DNA of 64,000 nt from an uncultured delta proteobacterium (GCA_963755715.1 CAVWLW010000054.1:32001-96000), one strand, 5' to 3'. Numbered from the stretch's first letter, positions 30,250-41,479 are shown. Numbers and translations are program-made. The notes: a model not told the origin generated them from the sequence alone.

Positions 30250-32052
30250 ATGCCCGAGTTAATTGAAAGAGTCGAAGATCGATTGGCGGACTTTACCCGT
30301 GACAAACGGGTTCTCACTCTGTCCTGGATGGCGGTGATCGTCGGCGCGCTCAGCGCCGTGATCGCTTATATACTGGTTTGGCTGATTGCGGTGATCACCA
30401 ACATTGCGTTCTACCGGCAATTCTCCTCCGTGTTTCAATCTCCCGATCATCATCGTCTCGGCTATTTTGTAATTCTCGTGCCGGTGATCGGCGGACTGGT
30501 GATCGGTTTGATGGCGCGCTACGGCTCGGAGAAGATTCGCGGCCACGGTATACCGGAAGCGCTCGAAGCGATTCTTTTTGGTCGCAGCCGCATGGAGCCG
30601 AAAATCGCCGTGCTCAAGCCTTTATCGTCCGCAATTTCCATCGGCACCGGCGGCCCCTTCGGCGCCGAAGGTCCGATCATCATGACAGGCGGCGCGGTGG
30701 GCTCGATTTTCGCGCAATTTTTTCATCTCTCTTCCGCGGAACGAAAAACGCTGCTCGTCGCCGGCGCCGCCGGCGGCATGGCCGCTATCTTCGCTTCCCC
30801 CGTCGCCGCCGCCCTATTGGCCATCGAGCTTCTGCTCTTTGAGTGGCGCCCCCGTTCTTTTATTCCGGTGGCAATCGCGGCGGCCACGGCCGCCGCGCTC
30901 CGCGTCCCGCTTCTTGGCGCCGGACCGATATTTTCCGTCCATCCGCACGCGAGCCTCGGTGGCGAAGGTCTGATCTTCGCATTCATCGTCGGCACGATCG
31001 CCGGCCTAGGATCCGGTCTTTTGACGACGATGGTTTACGGCTTTGAAGATCTTTTCAATAAACTGCCTTTTCATTGGATGTGGTGGCCCGCGATCGGCGG
31101 CTTGTGCGTCGGCATCGGCGGACTTATCGAGCCGAGCGTTCTCGGCGTCGGCTATGAAACCATCTATCGATTGTTGCGCGGCGACATCGTCGGCCCCGCT
31201 CTTCTCGGTATTCTTCTCGGCAAGTCGTTGGTCTGGTCGATTGCGCTGGGGTCGGGAACATCGGGCGGCGTGTTAGCGCCGTTGTTGATGATGGGTGGAG
31301 CGCTCGGCGCGGCCTTGGCACAATTTATTCCGCTCGGTGATAGCGGGCTGTGGGCGCTGATCGGCATGGCGGCAATGATGGGCGGAACCATGCGCTCGCC
31401 CCTCACGGCGATGATTTTCACTCTCGAATTGACCCAAGATCTCAATCTTCTGCCGGGCCTGCTCGTCGGCTGCATCGCCGCTCATGGCGTCACCGTGCTG
31501 CTTTTGCGCCGCTCGATCCTCACGGAAAAAGTCGCTCGGCGAGGTTTTCACGTCATGCGCGAGTACAGCGTCGATCCGCTCACCATGGTGCGCGTCGGCG
31601 AGGTCATGGACAAAAACGCGGTCATCGTGCGCGCGAACATGCCGCTGATCGAGCTGTCAGACCGCATCGCGCGCCACGAGCCGGAAGTAAGCCGTCATCA
31701 GGGTCTGTTGATCGTCGATGAAAATAACCATCTAACCGGCATCATCACGCGCGGCGACATCGTCCACGCCCTCGAGCAAAACGGCCACAACGACAGCACC
31801 GTGGCTATGGCGGGCAGCCGCGATTTGGTGGTGACCTTTCCCGATGAGGTTCTCCACGAAGCGGCGATCAAAATGCTGCGCAACAACATCGGCCGATTAC
31901 CCGTCGTCAGTCGAGCCGACGCGCGTCGTATCGTCGGCTATTTCGGCAGAAGCAATCTCATGGCCGGCCATGTGCGCCAGCTGGAAGAAGAGCATCTTCG
32001 CGAGCGCAGGTTTCTCAGGCGCCGACCGAAGGAATCGAATTTACTCGCGTGA
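30250..32052 (+). CDS. ClC-family chloride channel/antiporter with CBS domains
   Basis: GHGIPE, GAEGP, SGGVLAP; C-terminal CBS pair. Confidence 0.92.
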   Translation: MPELIERVEDRLADFTRDKRVLTLSWMAVIVGALSAVIAYILVWLIAVITNIAFYRQFSSVFQSPDHHRLGYFVILVPVIGGLVIGLMARYGSEKIRGHGIPEALEAILFGRSRMEPKIAVLKPLSSAISIGTGGPFGAEGPIIMTGGAVGSIFAQFFHLSSAERKTLLVAGAAGGMAAIFASPVAAALLAIELLLFEWRPRSFIPVAIAAATAAALRVPLLGAGPIFSVHPHASLGGEGLIFAFIVGTIAGLGSGLLTTMVYGFEDLFNKLPFHWMWWPAIGGLCVGIGGLIEPSVLGVGYETIYRLLRGDIVGPALLGILLGKSLVWSIALGSGTSGGVLAPLLMMGGALGAALAQFIPLGDSGLWALIGMAAMMGGTMRSPLTAMIFTLELTQDLNLLPGLLVGCIAAHGVTVLLLRRSILTEKVARRGFHVMREYSVDPLTMVRVGEVMDKNAVIVRANMPLIELSDRIARHEPEVSRHQGLLIVDENNHLTGIITRGDIVHALEQNGHNDSTVAMAGSRDLVVTFPDEVLHEAAIKMLRNNIGRLPVVSRADARRIVGYFGRSNLMAGHVRQLEEEHLRERRFLRRRPKESNLLA

Positions 32053-32178
32053 AACTAAAGCGTGAACGACTCATGGCCGACTTCCGCTCGAAGAACTCGA
32101 TTTGGAGCTGAAGCGGCGTAACGGGCGACAATCTAATTTTTTGTCAGGCTCGTCGCAACGCTCGCGAAAAATCGGTCG

Positions 32179-33085
32179 TTACTTTGTTTTTCGCGCTTCG
32201 ATACCGGCCGCTTCTTCCTGCAGACGAAATAGCGACGCCGTGCTTTGATCCGACCAACCGCGGTTGATCGCTTCGATCATGATTTGTTCAACCCATGCCG
32301 CGATCGGCATCGGCACGTTGAGCCGGCGCCCCAATTCGTTTGCCAGGCCGACGTCCTTTCGCGATAAACCGATGCCGAAACTGGCGGGTGCTTCATAATT
32401 TCCTTTGAAGACAGTTTCGGAGAAACTCTTGAGCAACTGGTTCAGTTGCACTTCCAGGCCCCAGTGCATGCAACGCCAAAGAAGCTGAGGATCGACTCCG
32501 GCCTTGGCACCCAAAACGATCCCTTCGCCGATCGCCAAGCCGATGCCGCGGCGAACCAAATTATGCGCCAACTTGATCACCGTACCGGTTCCCAATTCGC
32601 CGGTGTAAACAACCGTGTCGCCGAACGAATCGAGAACGGGTTTCGCTTCACGAAAGGCCTCCGGAGGTCCGGACGCTAAAACCTGTACACTTTTATTGGC
32701 GATACCGTTTTTACCAACGATGAGTGGCGCATCCATCACCCGCGCGCCGTGCGGCTGAAACTCGCTTTCAATGCGTCGAATAAGATCCGGATCACTGCTG
32801 GAAAGATCCACGTAGAGACTGTTTTCGTGAATACCCTGCAAGAGCCCCGTGGGTCCGAGAGCGACTTGCTGGACTTCCAGGGGACCGGGAAGGGAAGTAA
32901 AAACTATTCGACAGTGGCTGCGCCACTTCGGCCGCCGATACAGCGGCGCGCGCTCCTTGGGCGACTGGTAATTGCACCGCCTCCGGACGGATATCGTAAA
33001 CCATCATCGGGTACCCGGCCTTGCGAATATTTCCGGCGACGGTGCCGCCAATGGTACCGAGACCGACAAAACCGATTGTCTCCAT
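32179..33085 (-). CDS. NAD(P)-dependent beta-hydroxyacid dehydrogenase family (frameshift ~32915)
   Basis: IGFVGLGTIG Rossmann motif, DAP, KLAHN, KD. Confidence 0.85.
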
Positions 33086-33161
33086 GCGAACGCCTCCTAG
33101 CTATATAAGGATCAACGCCATCAGCGAAGGACCGAGCTGCGCGCTTCCGTGGCACCGGCGC

Positions 33162-33653
33162 TTAGCCATTAAAAATAAAAAATTTGCGCATGGCATAATT
33201 AATCATCAGCGCCGCAATCAGGTTGGCACCGAAGGCATAAGTCGTCAGCATTCCGAAACGCCGGATAAGAACTCCCATCACCGATGTGCCGATGACGATG
33301 GAGACGCCTGAAACCAGATAGAAAAGCGCGATTTCCACGAGCCAGTAATAACGCCCCGGAACGAATACCCAGTAAATGTTGAGCAGATACGCGACCAAAT
33401 TAGAGACTAAAAAAGCCGCGCCATTGCTGAGCATAGAGTTGCGCGAGCGCGTGGCGTCGTCCAATTCTTTGATCGGCAGCTTGAAAATCTTGACAAACCA
33501 ATCCTGTGGTTGCAGAGCAAAAAACACTTTCCATGCGATCAGGTGAAAAATAGTGATGTGGGTTGCCGTGGCAATGCATCCGCTGATTGCGTACTTGATG
33601 AATTGAAGCAAGTTGCCTGAATCGTTGCCGAGCAATGATGCGATGGCGTTCAA
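33162..33653 (-). CDS. GtrA-family membrane protein
   Basis: QFIKYAISG, YLLN..WVF, NY..RKFFIF. Confidence 0.8.
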   Translation of the reverse strand: MNAIASLLGNDSGNLLQFIKYAISGCIATATHITIFHLIAWKVFFALQPQDWFVKIFKLPIKELDDATRSRNSMLSNGAAFLVSNLVAYLLNIYWVFVPGRYYWLVEIALFYLVSGVSIVIGTSVMGVLIRRFGMLTTYAFGANLIAALMINYAMRKFFIFNG

Positions 33654-33974
33654 ACCGATATCTCCTTTTCACTCAAAGAGAACTCTCCAAGAAACTCATG
33701 CAGGCAGCTTCGATCCGTTGCCCTCGAGAATAATCAACCCGCGCGCGGCAGATTCCATTGCTGCCAGACACTTGTCACCCTCGGCGCAAAACACACAATA
33801 ACACCCAATACCGCTAATATTTCGCGCGGCATGCCCAATTTGAGCCCGGCGCCGATAGATGCAAAGGAGTTCTGGGGAGGATCTCGTTAGACGAAAGTCA
33901 CCTCACGGATTCATTCGCATATCGCTTGTTCAGAAAAAATCTCCAAGACGCCGAAAATCACGTTATTTCAGGAC

Positions 33975-34300
33975 TCAGTAACCGACGGCGTAGCCGTCGC
34001 GTCTCGGGTCAGCAGCGCCCATTAGCACTTGGCCATTCTCGTGGAGACGGATCACCTCTACGCCTCCGAACGCGAATTCCCACGGACCGCGGACTTTAAC
34101 TTCATAGCCATTCCCGGTCAAGAAACTGCTTACAGCGTCGGCAAAGCGGCTTTCTAATTCGACGCAGCCCGTGCTTTCACTTTGCCAGCGCGGCGCTTCG
34201 ACAGCCGCCTGAAGGTTCATGTCGAAATCAAAGAGATTACATATGGTTTGCGCGAGAAACTGCGTCTGGCCGAAACCTCCGGGCGTGCCGATGGCGTCAC
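33975..34300 (-). pseudogene. Gamma-glutamyltransferase C-terminal fragment
   Basis: IGTPGG..Q.Q, AAVEAPRW, GAADPRRDG; the rest of the gene is absent. Confidence 0.8.
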
Positions 34301-34380
34301 TTATTACGCGGCGCCGGAGGCAATCCCGACCTTCACGGCAACTTCGGCGAACGGCCGGCGCACTGCCGCGACGAAGAACG

Positions 34381-34737
34381 TTAAACCGGCCAGCCGTGCT
34401 GTGAGAGATCGATAGGCGTGCCGTCCGGATCGTGCACCCGATACTCCGCTTCACGATTGGCCGGACGTTTCTGGATATCCGTTTTAGCGCCGAGGTCCTT
34501 GCATACAGGCCTGAGCTCCTCGATGTTTTCCACTTCGAAGCCAAAATGATAAAGGCCTTCCTTGTAGTTACCGCGTTTTTGAATGATGGCCAAATTCAAA
34601 TAACCGTCCGATAGATAAATCGCCGGTCCGACTCCATCGATCACCTTCATGCCGAAAGCCGTCGTGTAGAACTTGACCAGCCTTTCGCGATTATCCGTAA
34701 CGATTGCTAGATGACGAATACGTGCCATTGTGATCAA
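34381..34737 (-). CDS. VOC/glyoxalase family protein
   Basis: IRHLAI, HFGFEV, DPDG..IDL. Confidence 0.88.
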   Translation of the reverse strand: MITMARIRHLAIVTDNRERLVKFYTTAFGMKVIDGVGPAIYLSDGYLNLAIIQKRGNYKEGLYHFGFEVENIEELRPVCKDLGAKTDIQKRPANREAEYRVHDPDGTPIDLSQHGWPV

Positions 34738-34763
34738 GCCTCCTCTTTCTATGATTTGATTGA

Positions 34764-35762
34764 TTACTTATACAAACGATCGATAAACCCTTCCGTCGCC
34801 AAACGCTGCACCGGCGTGAAATACAGGTAGCGGTTGATATCGATGCCGGCCAACTTTGGCGCGACTCTGTAGCTGATTTCTAAAGTATTTTTGATCGCCT
34901 TCTCCGACGGTATCGGCACCCGATCCACTTCCTCTTTGTAACGTTCATAGGCGCCCTGTACCATCTTCGCATCTATGCTTCTCATGTATTTGCGCATGAT
35001 CTCCACCGACTTCTCACGATCCTTTACCAAAACGGCAATCGCCCGAATGTAGCCGCGCAGCACGTTTTGAACGACTTGTGGATTTTCCTCGGCAAATTTT
35101 CGCGACGTCCAGAGCGCGTCAATGATGAGAGGAATGGGCTCGAGTTGCATGATCTTGAGACCGCGTTCTTCAGCGACGGGCACAACGATCTGCGAAATCG
35201 GCGCCGCGTGCACCTTGCCGGTGCTGAGAGCTGCCAGCCGTGACATCGTTCCGCCGACCGCGAGGTAGGTCACGTCCTTGTCGGGATCGAGGCCGATATT
35301 GCGAATGACCATGCGCGCGATCTCGCCTGCTCTTCCGCCGATCTGCGAGGTGGCAATAATTTTCCCTTTTAGCTCCTGAGGACGGCGGACATCTTTAGAT
35401 ACGGCGAAGACGTAGGGTAAAACATTCTTCGCCGAAGCCAACAAGACAATATCCGCTCCACCTGCAATCGCGCTCAAGGCGGACACCGCATCGCCCGTCA
35501 TAAATTGGGTAGAGTTGGCAAGGAGACTTTGGATCGACAAACGCCCGCCCTCCATGTAGACGAGCCGCGCATCGATACCGTATTCCTTGAAAATTCCCGA
35601 CTCCCTGGCGATCCACAGCGGCGCCGACTCTCCGGTGAGACCGGGGTAGGACATATCGAGCTGTTGAGCCGATACAGCCTCCCAAGCCGCTAATTGCAGT
35701 AATACCGCGCAGGCGAAATTAGCGATGGCAAACTTTAATCTCATACATCCTCCCGTGCTCAC
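34764..35762 (-). CDS. NitT/TauT-family ABC substrate-binding protein
   Basis: Signal peptide, PLWIA.E.G.F, ELKGK, GLDPDKDV. Confidence 0.88.
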   Translation of the reverse strand: MSTGGCMRLKFAIANFACAVLLQLAAWEAVSAQQLDMSYPGLTGESAPLWIARESGIFKEYGIDARLVYMEGGRLSIQSLLANSTQFMTGDAVSALSAIAGGADIVLLASAKNVLPYVFAVSKDVRRPQELKGKIIATSQIGGRAGEIARMVIRNIGLDPDKDVTYLAVGGTMSRLAALSTGKVHAAPISQIVVPVAEERGLKIMQLEPIPLIIDALWTSRKFAEENPQVVQNVLRGYIRAIAVLVKDREKSVEIMRKYMRSIDAKMVQGAYERYKEEVDRVPIPSEKAIKNTLEISYRVAPKLAGIDINRYLYFTPVQRLATEGFIDRLYK

Positions 35763-36474
35763 ATCATCGTGAGGAGTTTCCCGAATCTTTGAATCGGGGT
35801 GCGTATTTTTAATGTTTTAAAAGCCATCCAGATCTCGGACGTCAAATGACCTACGGCCGGAAGCCGCAAATCGGATTCGATCTCGTTGATGACCTCCAGC
35901 GCCGGAAACTGCGGACAGGGTAAATACAGACCTTCGATTTTGGGCGACTGTTTGACGGCTTGCTTTGCAGCCGCGTAAACGTCGGCTTCTGAGACGTCGC
36001 CGATTCGAGTGAAGTCGGCGCCGAGGCTGACGACGGCATCGACCTCGAACCCATGAGCTTTCATGAAAGCGACCACGGCGTCGTTCAACTCGGATGGATA
36101 AGGATTCACCAGCCCGACCCGCCGCACCGACAAAGCCCTGAGTGCTTCCATGCCGGCGACAATGCTGGTGGTTGCCGGCGCGTTTGTCAGTGTTTCAATT
36201 TTCTTTATAACCTCGCGCTCATAACCCTTGCCTTGACTCACGACCAGCGGAACACCCGCGTGAATTATAAAATCACATTTTCGCCGGCCCAGCTCGGTCG
36301 CGCATTCTTCGATCCGCGCCAGCCCTGTTCTATACGCGTCGGCCTGCCAGCCGTCGATCATGCAGGTAACCCCGATCAGGCCGACCCCGGGCGGAACGAT
36401 GCGATAAAAATCGTACGCGATCATTTCGAAGACGACGGACAGAGATAGCCTATTCTTGCGCGCCAACCGAACAT
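35759..36474 (-). CDS. Asp/Glu racemase-fold protein (maleate isomerase/arylmalonate decarboxylase family); N-terminal frameshift
   Basis: True start MFGWRARIG at 36474, frame shift ~36433; NPY, LPCPQF, IE.DL.LP. Confidence 0.82.
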
Positions 36475-36506
36475 GGACTTATGCCCTCTGGGTACGAATT
36501 CGCCCT

Positions 36507-36749
36507 CTACTCCTGTTCGAGGGTGCTTTCCGGATGTCGCTCCTGGACTTCGCTGATATACTTCTGAAGCTCACCTTCGCGCTCCGAAGCGTCTGCTTTG
36601 AATCCCGTGTGGTGCGCGCCCAAAAGAAAATCAACATGACCGTCGTTTTCGACTATTTCCAAGAAATAGTTGGTGCCGAATAATACTTGAACTCTCTTGT
36701 ATCCGTTTTGGCGGTCGCCCTCCACGACGACCGATCTTATCTTAGCCAT
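36507..36749 (-). CDS. Hypothetical protein (80 aa)
   Basis: AAGGAG RBS; co-oriented within the operon. Confidence 0.7.
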   Translation of the reverse strand: MAKIRSVVVEGDRQNGYKRVQVLFGTNYFLEIVENDGHVDFLLGAHHTGFKADASEREGELQKYISEVQERHPESTLEQE

Positions 36750-36830
36750 ACCCTGCTCCTTCCGTAACTGTCGGTGAATTGAGTCTATTGCGTAACAGTT
36801 TTTTTCGTCAGCGACCGGCGCATCTACGGG

Positions 36831-37547
36831 CTATAACATGCGCATCAATTTGCCATATCCGGAGATTTTCTCGCGCATGCCAATGGCTTTGAATCCGACA
36901 TAGAGCTGAGAAGTGATGTTGCTGATAACCGGCAAGCCAAAATCGGTTTCTATATCGTCAATCACGTCGACCACCGGAAAATTTGCGCAAGGAATGAAAA
37001 CCGCTTGCGCATTTCCGGCTTCGTTGACGGCGCGCTTGGCGGCGCGGTAGATGTCGCCGACCGACGCGATGCTGGACTCCGTGAACGAAGTACCGAGGCT
37101 AACCAGTGAAGCGACTTCAAAACCCCAATCCTTCAAGTACGCCGTCATCTTGGCGTTGAGATCGGGCGGATATGGATCAACCACCGCTAATTTCGTCGCC
37201 GAAAGATCGCGAAAAGCATCCATCGCCGCGACTATGCTGGTCGTGCATGGGACGCCGAGGATTTCTCGTAGCTGGGCCAAAAGTTTGGTTTCGAATCCTT
37301 TACCTTGGCTCAAAACCAACGGCGCGCCGCCGTGAATGACGAAGTCGCAAGAGCGGCGGGCAAGTTCCCGAGCACACGCTTCGACCTGCGCCAGAGCTCG
37401 TTTATAGGCGTCCTCCTTCCATCCTTCGACCATGCAGGTCACAGCGATAAGGCCGACTCCTTCGGGGACGATACGGTAAAAATCATAGGCGTTGAGCTCC
37501 ATCACGGAAGGTGAGATGTAACCGACTCTGGCGCGGTATCCGAACAT
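36831..37547 (-). CDS. Asp/Glu racemase-fold protein (maleate isomerase/arylmalonate decarboxylase family)
   Basis: Start MFGYRARVG at 37547 with AAAGGAG RBS; DPY, IPCANF, G.PVISN. Confidence 0.85.
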   Translation of the reverse strand: MFGYRARVGYISPSVMELNAYDFYRIVPEGVGLIAVTCMVEGWKEDAYKRALAQVEACARELARRSCDFVIHGGAPLVLSQGKGFETKLLAQLREILGVPCTTSIVAAMDAFRDLSATKLAVVDPYPPDLNAKMTAYLKDWGFEVASLVSLGTSFTESSIASVGDIYRAAKRAVNEAGNAQAVFIPCANFPVVDVIDDIETDFGLPVISNITSQLYVGFKAIGMREKISGYGKLMRML

Positions 37548-37735
37548 GGGACAGACTCCTTTCAAAAACCAAATCCGCCGAAACGTGCTTTCACGGTGGA
37601 TCAGTTGCCAAGCGGATTCAAGGCTTGGAGACAATTGACGCAAGCCGCGGTCGCTCCGTCGTCGCTTCGTGCGCTGACAACTTTCTACTGCATGCAAATA
37701 AAGGAAGGAGCCTGAACTCGGCAATCCAAGCTTTT

Positions 37736-38953
37736 TTACTCGTATCTCAGCGCGTCAATAGGATCCAAGTTAGCCGCCTTCTTGGCGGGGTAAAAACCGA
37801 AGAAGACGCCGACGGCGCCGGAGAAGAGAAAGGCGATCGCGATGATCGCAGGATCGATAAGAGTCGGCCACTGCGCCCATTGTTTGATGACTTCGGAGCT
37901 GCCGACTCCGAGAAGAATCCCGATCAAGCCGCCGGTGGCGGCCATGACGACGGCCTCGACGAGAAATTGCAGCATGATGTCGCGGCTGCGCGCGCCCACG
38001 GCCATACGGATGCCGATCTCGCGCGTCCTTTCCGTCACCGACACGAGCATGATGTTCATGATGCCGATGCCGCCGACGAGGAGAGAAATCGACGCGACGC
38101 TGCCGAGCAAGACGGCCATGACGCGGGCGGTGGTCGTGGCCGCCTCGGCAATATCGGATAGATTGCGCACGTTGAAATCGTCTTCGCGCTCGGGACCGAT
38201 GCGGTGGCGCTGGCGCAAAAGCAAAATAATCTGTTCCTGGGCTTCTTCGACCCGCTCGGCGCTCACGGCCTTGACGACGATGCTCTGAACCCAGGTGATA
38301 CGCATGAGCCGCTTCTGCATGGTCGTGTAGGGAATCATGATCGTATCGTCTTGATCCGTGCCCTGTCCCGTCTGCCCTTTCGCGCCGAGGACGCCGACCA
38401 CACGGAACGGGATGTTTCGGATGCGGATAACCGCGTCCAAAGCATCGTCGTTGCCGAAGAGTTGGCGCGCCACCGTTTGGCCGATGACGGCGACTTTGGC
38501 GGCGCTGTCCATGTCGCCCTCGTGAAGAAAACGGCCCTCAGCCACTTGCCAGTCGCGGATCTGCTGGAACTCCGGCGCGACTCCTTGGGCCAAAGTGCCC
38601 CAGTTCAAGTTTCCCGCGACCACTTGATCCTGGCGCCGCAGCACTGGCGAGACAAACGCCACCGAAGGCAGCTCGCGCGCCATCGCCTTACCATCGCTAT
38701 CGAGCAGGGTATTGACGTTGCCGAAGCCGGCTCTAACGCCGCCCTGCACGTTGCTTCCAGGCAACACGATCAGAACATTGGTGCCAAGCGCGGCGATCTG
38801 CGCGCGGATCGTCGACTTGGCGCCTTCGCCGATCGCGACCATCGCGATCACGGCGCCGACGCCGATGATGATGCCGAGCATTGTCAAGAAAGCCCGGAGC
38901 TTATTTCTCGCGAGCGCGCGCAGCGCGATGCGCAAGGTCATAAAGGCTTGCAC
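37736..38953 (-). CDS. MacB/FtsX-like ABC permease
   Basis: LTMLGIIIGV, VGGIGIMNIMLVSVTERTREIGIR, DPIDALRYE. Confidence 0.93.
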   Translation of the reverse strand: MQAFMTLRIALRALARNKLRAFLTMLGIIIGVGAVIAMVAIGEGAKSTIRAQIAALGTNVLIVLPGSNVQGGVRAGFGNVNTLLDSDGKAMARELPSVAFVSPVLRRQDQVVAGNLNWGTLAQGVAPEFQQIRDWQVAEGRFLHEGDMDSAAKVAVIGQTVARQLFGNDDALDAVIRIRNIPFRVVGVLGAKGQTGQGTDQDDTIMIPYTTMQKRLMRITWVQSIVVKAVSAERVEEAQEQIILLLRQRHRIGPEREDDFNVRNLSDIAEAATTTARVMAVLLGSVASISLLVGGIGIMNIMLVSVTERTREIGIRMAVGARSRDIMLQFLVEAVVMAATGGLIGILLGVGSSEVIKQWAQWPTLIDPAIIAIAFLFSGAVGVFFGFYPAKKAANLDPIDALRYE

Positions 38954-39667
38954 TTAATGCTCCACCTTCGCAATCACTTGTTCGCTGACCCGATCGGAAA
39001 TCACCAGACCGTCGCGAAAGATAATCTGCCGCCGCGCATACGCCGCAATATCGGCTTCGTGGGTGACGAGAATAATCGTGATGCCCTGCCCCGTGTTCAG
39101 TTGCTGAAACAAAGCCATGATTTCGTTGCTGGTGGCGGAATCGAGATTGCCCGTGGGCTCATCGGCAAGAATCAGCGGCGGCCGATTGACCAGCGCGCGT
39201 GCGATCGCAACCCGCTGTTGTTGGCCGCCGGAAAGCTGGTTGGGCATATGGTCGAGGCGTTTATCCAGTCCAACTAAAGACAGCACTTCGATCGCCCGCT
39301 GATGCCGTTCTTGGCCCGCAAAGCCGTTGTACATCATCGGCAGCTCGACGTTTTCGAGGGCTGTCGTGCGGGAGAGCAAATTGAAGCCTTGAAAGACAAA
39401 GCCGATCCGCTTGTTGCGGATATACGCCCACTGATCCGGCTTCAGCGAGCCGACCTCATGTCCCTCCAAGAAATATTTGCCTGTGTTCGGCCGATCGAGA
39501 CAACCGAGGATGTTCATCAAAGTCGACTTGCCCGAGCCCGATGAACCCATCACCGCAACAAATTCGCTGTGCGCGATCGTCAGATTGATGCCGCGCAGTG
39601 CCGGCACCTCGACATCGCCCATCCGGTAAGTTTTATGGACATCTTCGACGCGGATCAGCTCGCTCAT
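38954..39667 (-). CDS. ABC ATP-binding protein (MacB/LolD-like)
   Basis: [26 protein letters not shown]. Confidence 0.95.
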   Translation of the reverse strand: MSELIRVEDVHKTYRMGDVEVPALRGINLTIAHSEFVAVMGSSGSGKSTLMNILGCLDRPNTGKYFLEGHEVGSLKPDQWAYIRNKRIGFVFQGFNLLSRTTALENVELPMMYNGFAGQERHQRAIEVLSLVGLDKRLDHMPNQLSGGQQQRVAIARALVNRPPLILADEPTGNLDSATSNEIMALFQQLNTGQGITIILVTHEADIAAYARRQIIFRDGLVISDRVSEQVIAKVEH

Positions 39668-40965
39668 CGGAAACCTGGGCGCGGCTGCGCCGGCTGGAAC
39701 GGATTGACCGTTGCGGATTGACCCTGGTTGGCGCTGCTCGACAGACCGATAATGATCGGGTCGTTTTCCTTGAGCGCACTGTCGATCACCTCGCTCTTCG
39801 AGCCGTCGGTGATGCCAACCTGGATCTCGACCGGTTGGGCTTTGCCGTCTTTGAGCAGGTAGATTTTCACCTGGCGCACCTGGCGCGCTTCGGCAGCCTC
39901 GCGCCGCCGCTGCCCCCGGCGCGGCTTGTCCGCCGCGCGGCCGACTCGCGGCGCCGCCGTTCGGCTTTGCTCCTGGCGCAACAATTCTTGGCTCTCGTTT
40001 TTCTCTTCCGGCGGCTTGAAACGCAGCGCCATGTTCGGGATCGTCAGCGCGTCTTCCTTTTCGCTTACGAGGAATTGCACGTTGGCGGTCATGCCGGGCT
40101 TGAGCAGCAGATCTTTGTTGTCGATCCGCACCACGGCATCGTAGGTCACGACGTTTTGAATGATCGTCGGCGCGTTGCGCACCTGGTGCACTTTGCCGCG
40201 AAAGCGGCGCGCCGGAAACGCGTCGACGGTGAACGTCACCGGTTGCTCTTGGCGCACGTTGCCGACGTCGGCCTCATCGACGCTCGTATGAACCTCCATC
40301 TTGGCGAGATCGTTGGCGATGGTGAACAGCGTCGGCGCTTGCAGGGACGCCGCGACGGTCTGACCCACGTCGATATTGCGTGAAATAACCATGCCGTCGA
40401 CCGGCGAGCGAATCACGGTATTGTTCAAATCCACCATCGACTGATTCAAGCCAGCTTGAGCTTGAGCGGTCTGCGCTTGATTGACGTTCAGTTGCGCTAA
40501 CGCGGCATCGTAGGCGGTTTGCGCCGCATCGAGGTCACTCTGTGCCATCAACTCCCGCTTGCGCAGCTCGCGGCTCCGCTCCAAAGTCCTGAGCGCATCT
40601 TCCACGCTGACCTTCGCTTTGGCATGATTCGCTTGCGCCGCCAAAACATTGGCCCGCGCTTGGTCCACCGCCGCTTTAAACTTGTCTTGATTCAGTTGGG
40701 CGACGACCTGCCCGGCGTTCACCTTGGTATTGAAATCGGCGAGAAGCTTGTCGATCGTGCCGGACACCTGGCTGCCGACTTGCACGGTGACAACGGCTTG
40801 CAATGTACCCGTCGAAGACACCACTTGGCGCACATTGCCGCGGCTCACCGGCACAGTGAGATAAGGCGATTCGGTGGGAGCGCCGAGGTTGCGCCAATAG
40901 GCGAATCCCGCGCCGCCGATTAAAAGCAGCGCCGCTCCGGCGAAGACAATCTTTTTAATCTTCAT
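39664..40965 (-). CDS. MacA-like periplasmic adaptor subunit
   Basis: VQVGSQVSG, IRSPVDG, GQTVAASLQAP, LKPGMTA. Confidence 0.92.
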   Translation of the reverse strand: MKIKKIVFAGAALLLIGGAGFAYWRNLGAPTESPYLTVPVSRGNVRQVVSSTGTLQAVVTVQVGSQVSGTIDKLLADFNTKVNAGQVVAQLNQDKFKAAVDQARANVLAAQANHAKAKVSVEDALRTLERSRELRKRELMAQSDLDAAQTAYDAALAQLNVNQAQTAQAQAGLNQSMVDLNNTVIRSPVDGMVISRNIDVGQTVAASLQAPTLFTIANDLAKMEVHTSVDEADVGNVRQEQPVTFTVDAFPARRFRGKVHQVRNAPTIIQNVVTYDAVVRIDNKDLLLKPGMTANVQFLVSEKEDALTIPNMALRFKPPEEKNESQELLRQEQSRTAAPRVGRAADKPRRGQRRREAAEARQVRQVKIYLLKDGKAQPVEIQVGITDGSKSEVIDSALKENDPIIIGLSSSANQGQSATVNPFQPAQPRPGFR

Positions 40966-41441
40966 GGAGGCGTCTCTCGCAAAAGACGGAACACCTTGGC
41001 CGCAAAATCATTCGGATCGCGCTGAGCCATGCGCCGATAAGTCAAACCCGTGGTAATTTCCGCGTTGGGCTCTTGATCTTCGATCACTTGCTCGAGGGCG
41101 ACGCGAAAGCGCGACACGGGCGCGGCGCCGGTCATTTCATATTCCAGCTCGCTCACACGGCCCTTGAGATAGTAATTTGTTTTGAAGTCGCTCAGCATGA
41201 GCGTGATCTTGCCGGTTTTTCTGAGATTGTTCGCCGTCGAGCTGTTTTTCCAGAGCGCCATATCTAAAGTCGATGCACTTTTAGCAATCACTTCATAATA
41301 GGATAACAAAGCCGGATGCGCCCAACCGTCTTCATCGATGGTAAAGATCGGTATGATCTTGCCTTCCTGAGCTTCGATCGCTGCGCCACTCAGGCGCTGC
41401 AACAGCTCGGGCGGCAATTCTTTTCCCAATAGTTGCGACAT
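40962..41441 (-). CDS. Pyridoxamine 5'-phosphate oxidase-like FMN-binding split-barrel protein
   Basis: TIDEDGWAH..LS, SSTANNL. Confidence 0.75.
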   Translation of the reverse strand: MSQLLGKELPPELLQRLSGAAIEAQEGKIIPIFTIDEDGWAHPALLSYYEVIAKSASTLDMALWKNSSTANNLRKTGKITLMLSDFKTNYYLKGRVSELEYEMTGAAPVSRFRVALEQVIEDQEPNAEITTGLTYRRMAQRDPNDFAAKVFRLLRETPP

Positions 41442-41479
41442 GATGTCTATTCTCCTCGACGATGGGTCTTATACCCGAT

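Noticed and set aside
33975-34544. 189-aa ORF as a novel protein
   Set aside because: It joins an off-frame overlap with the VOC gene to a gamma-glutamyltransferase tail.
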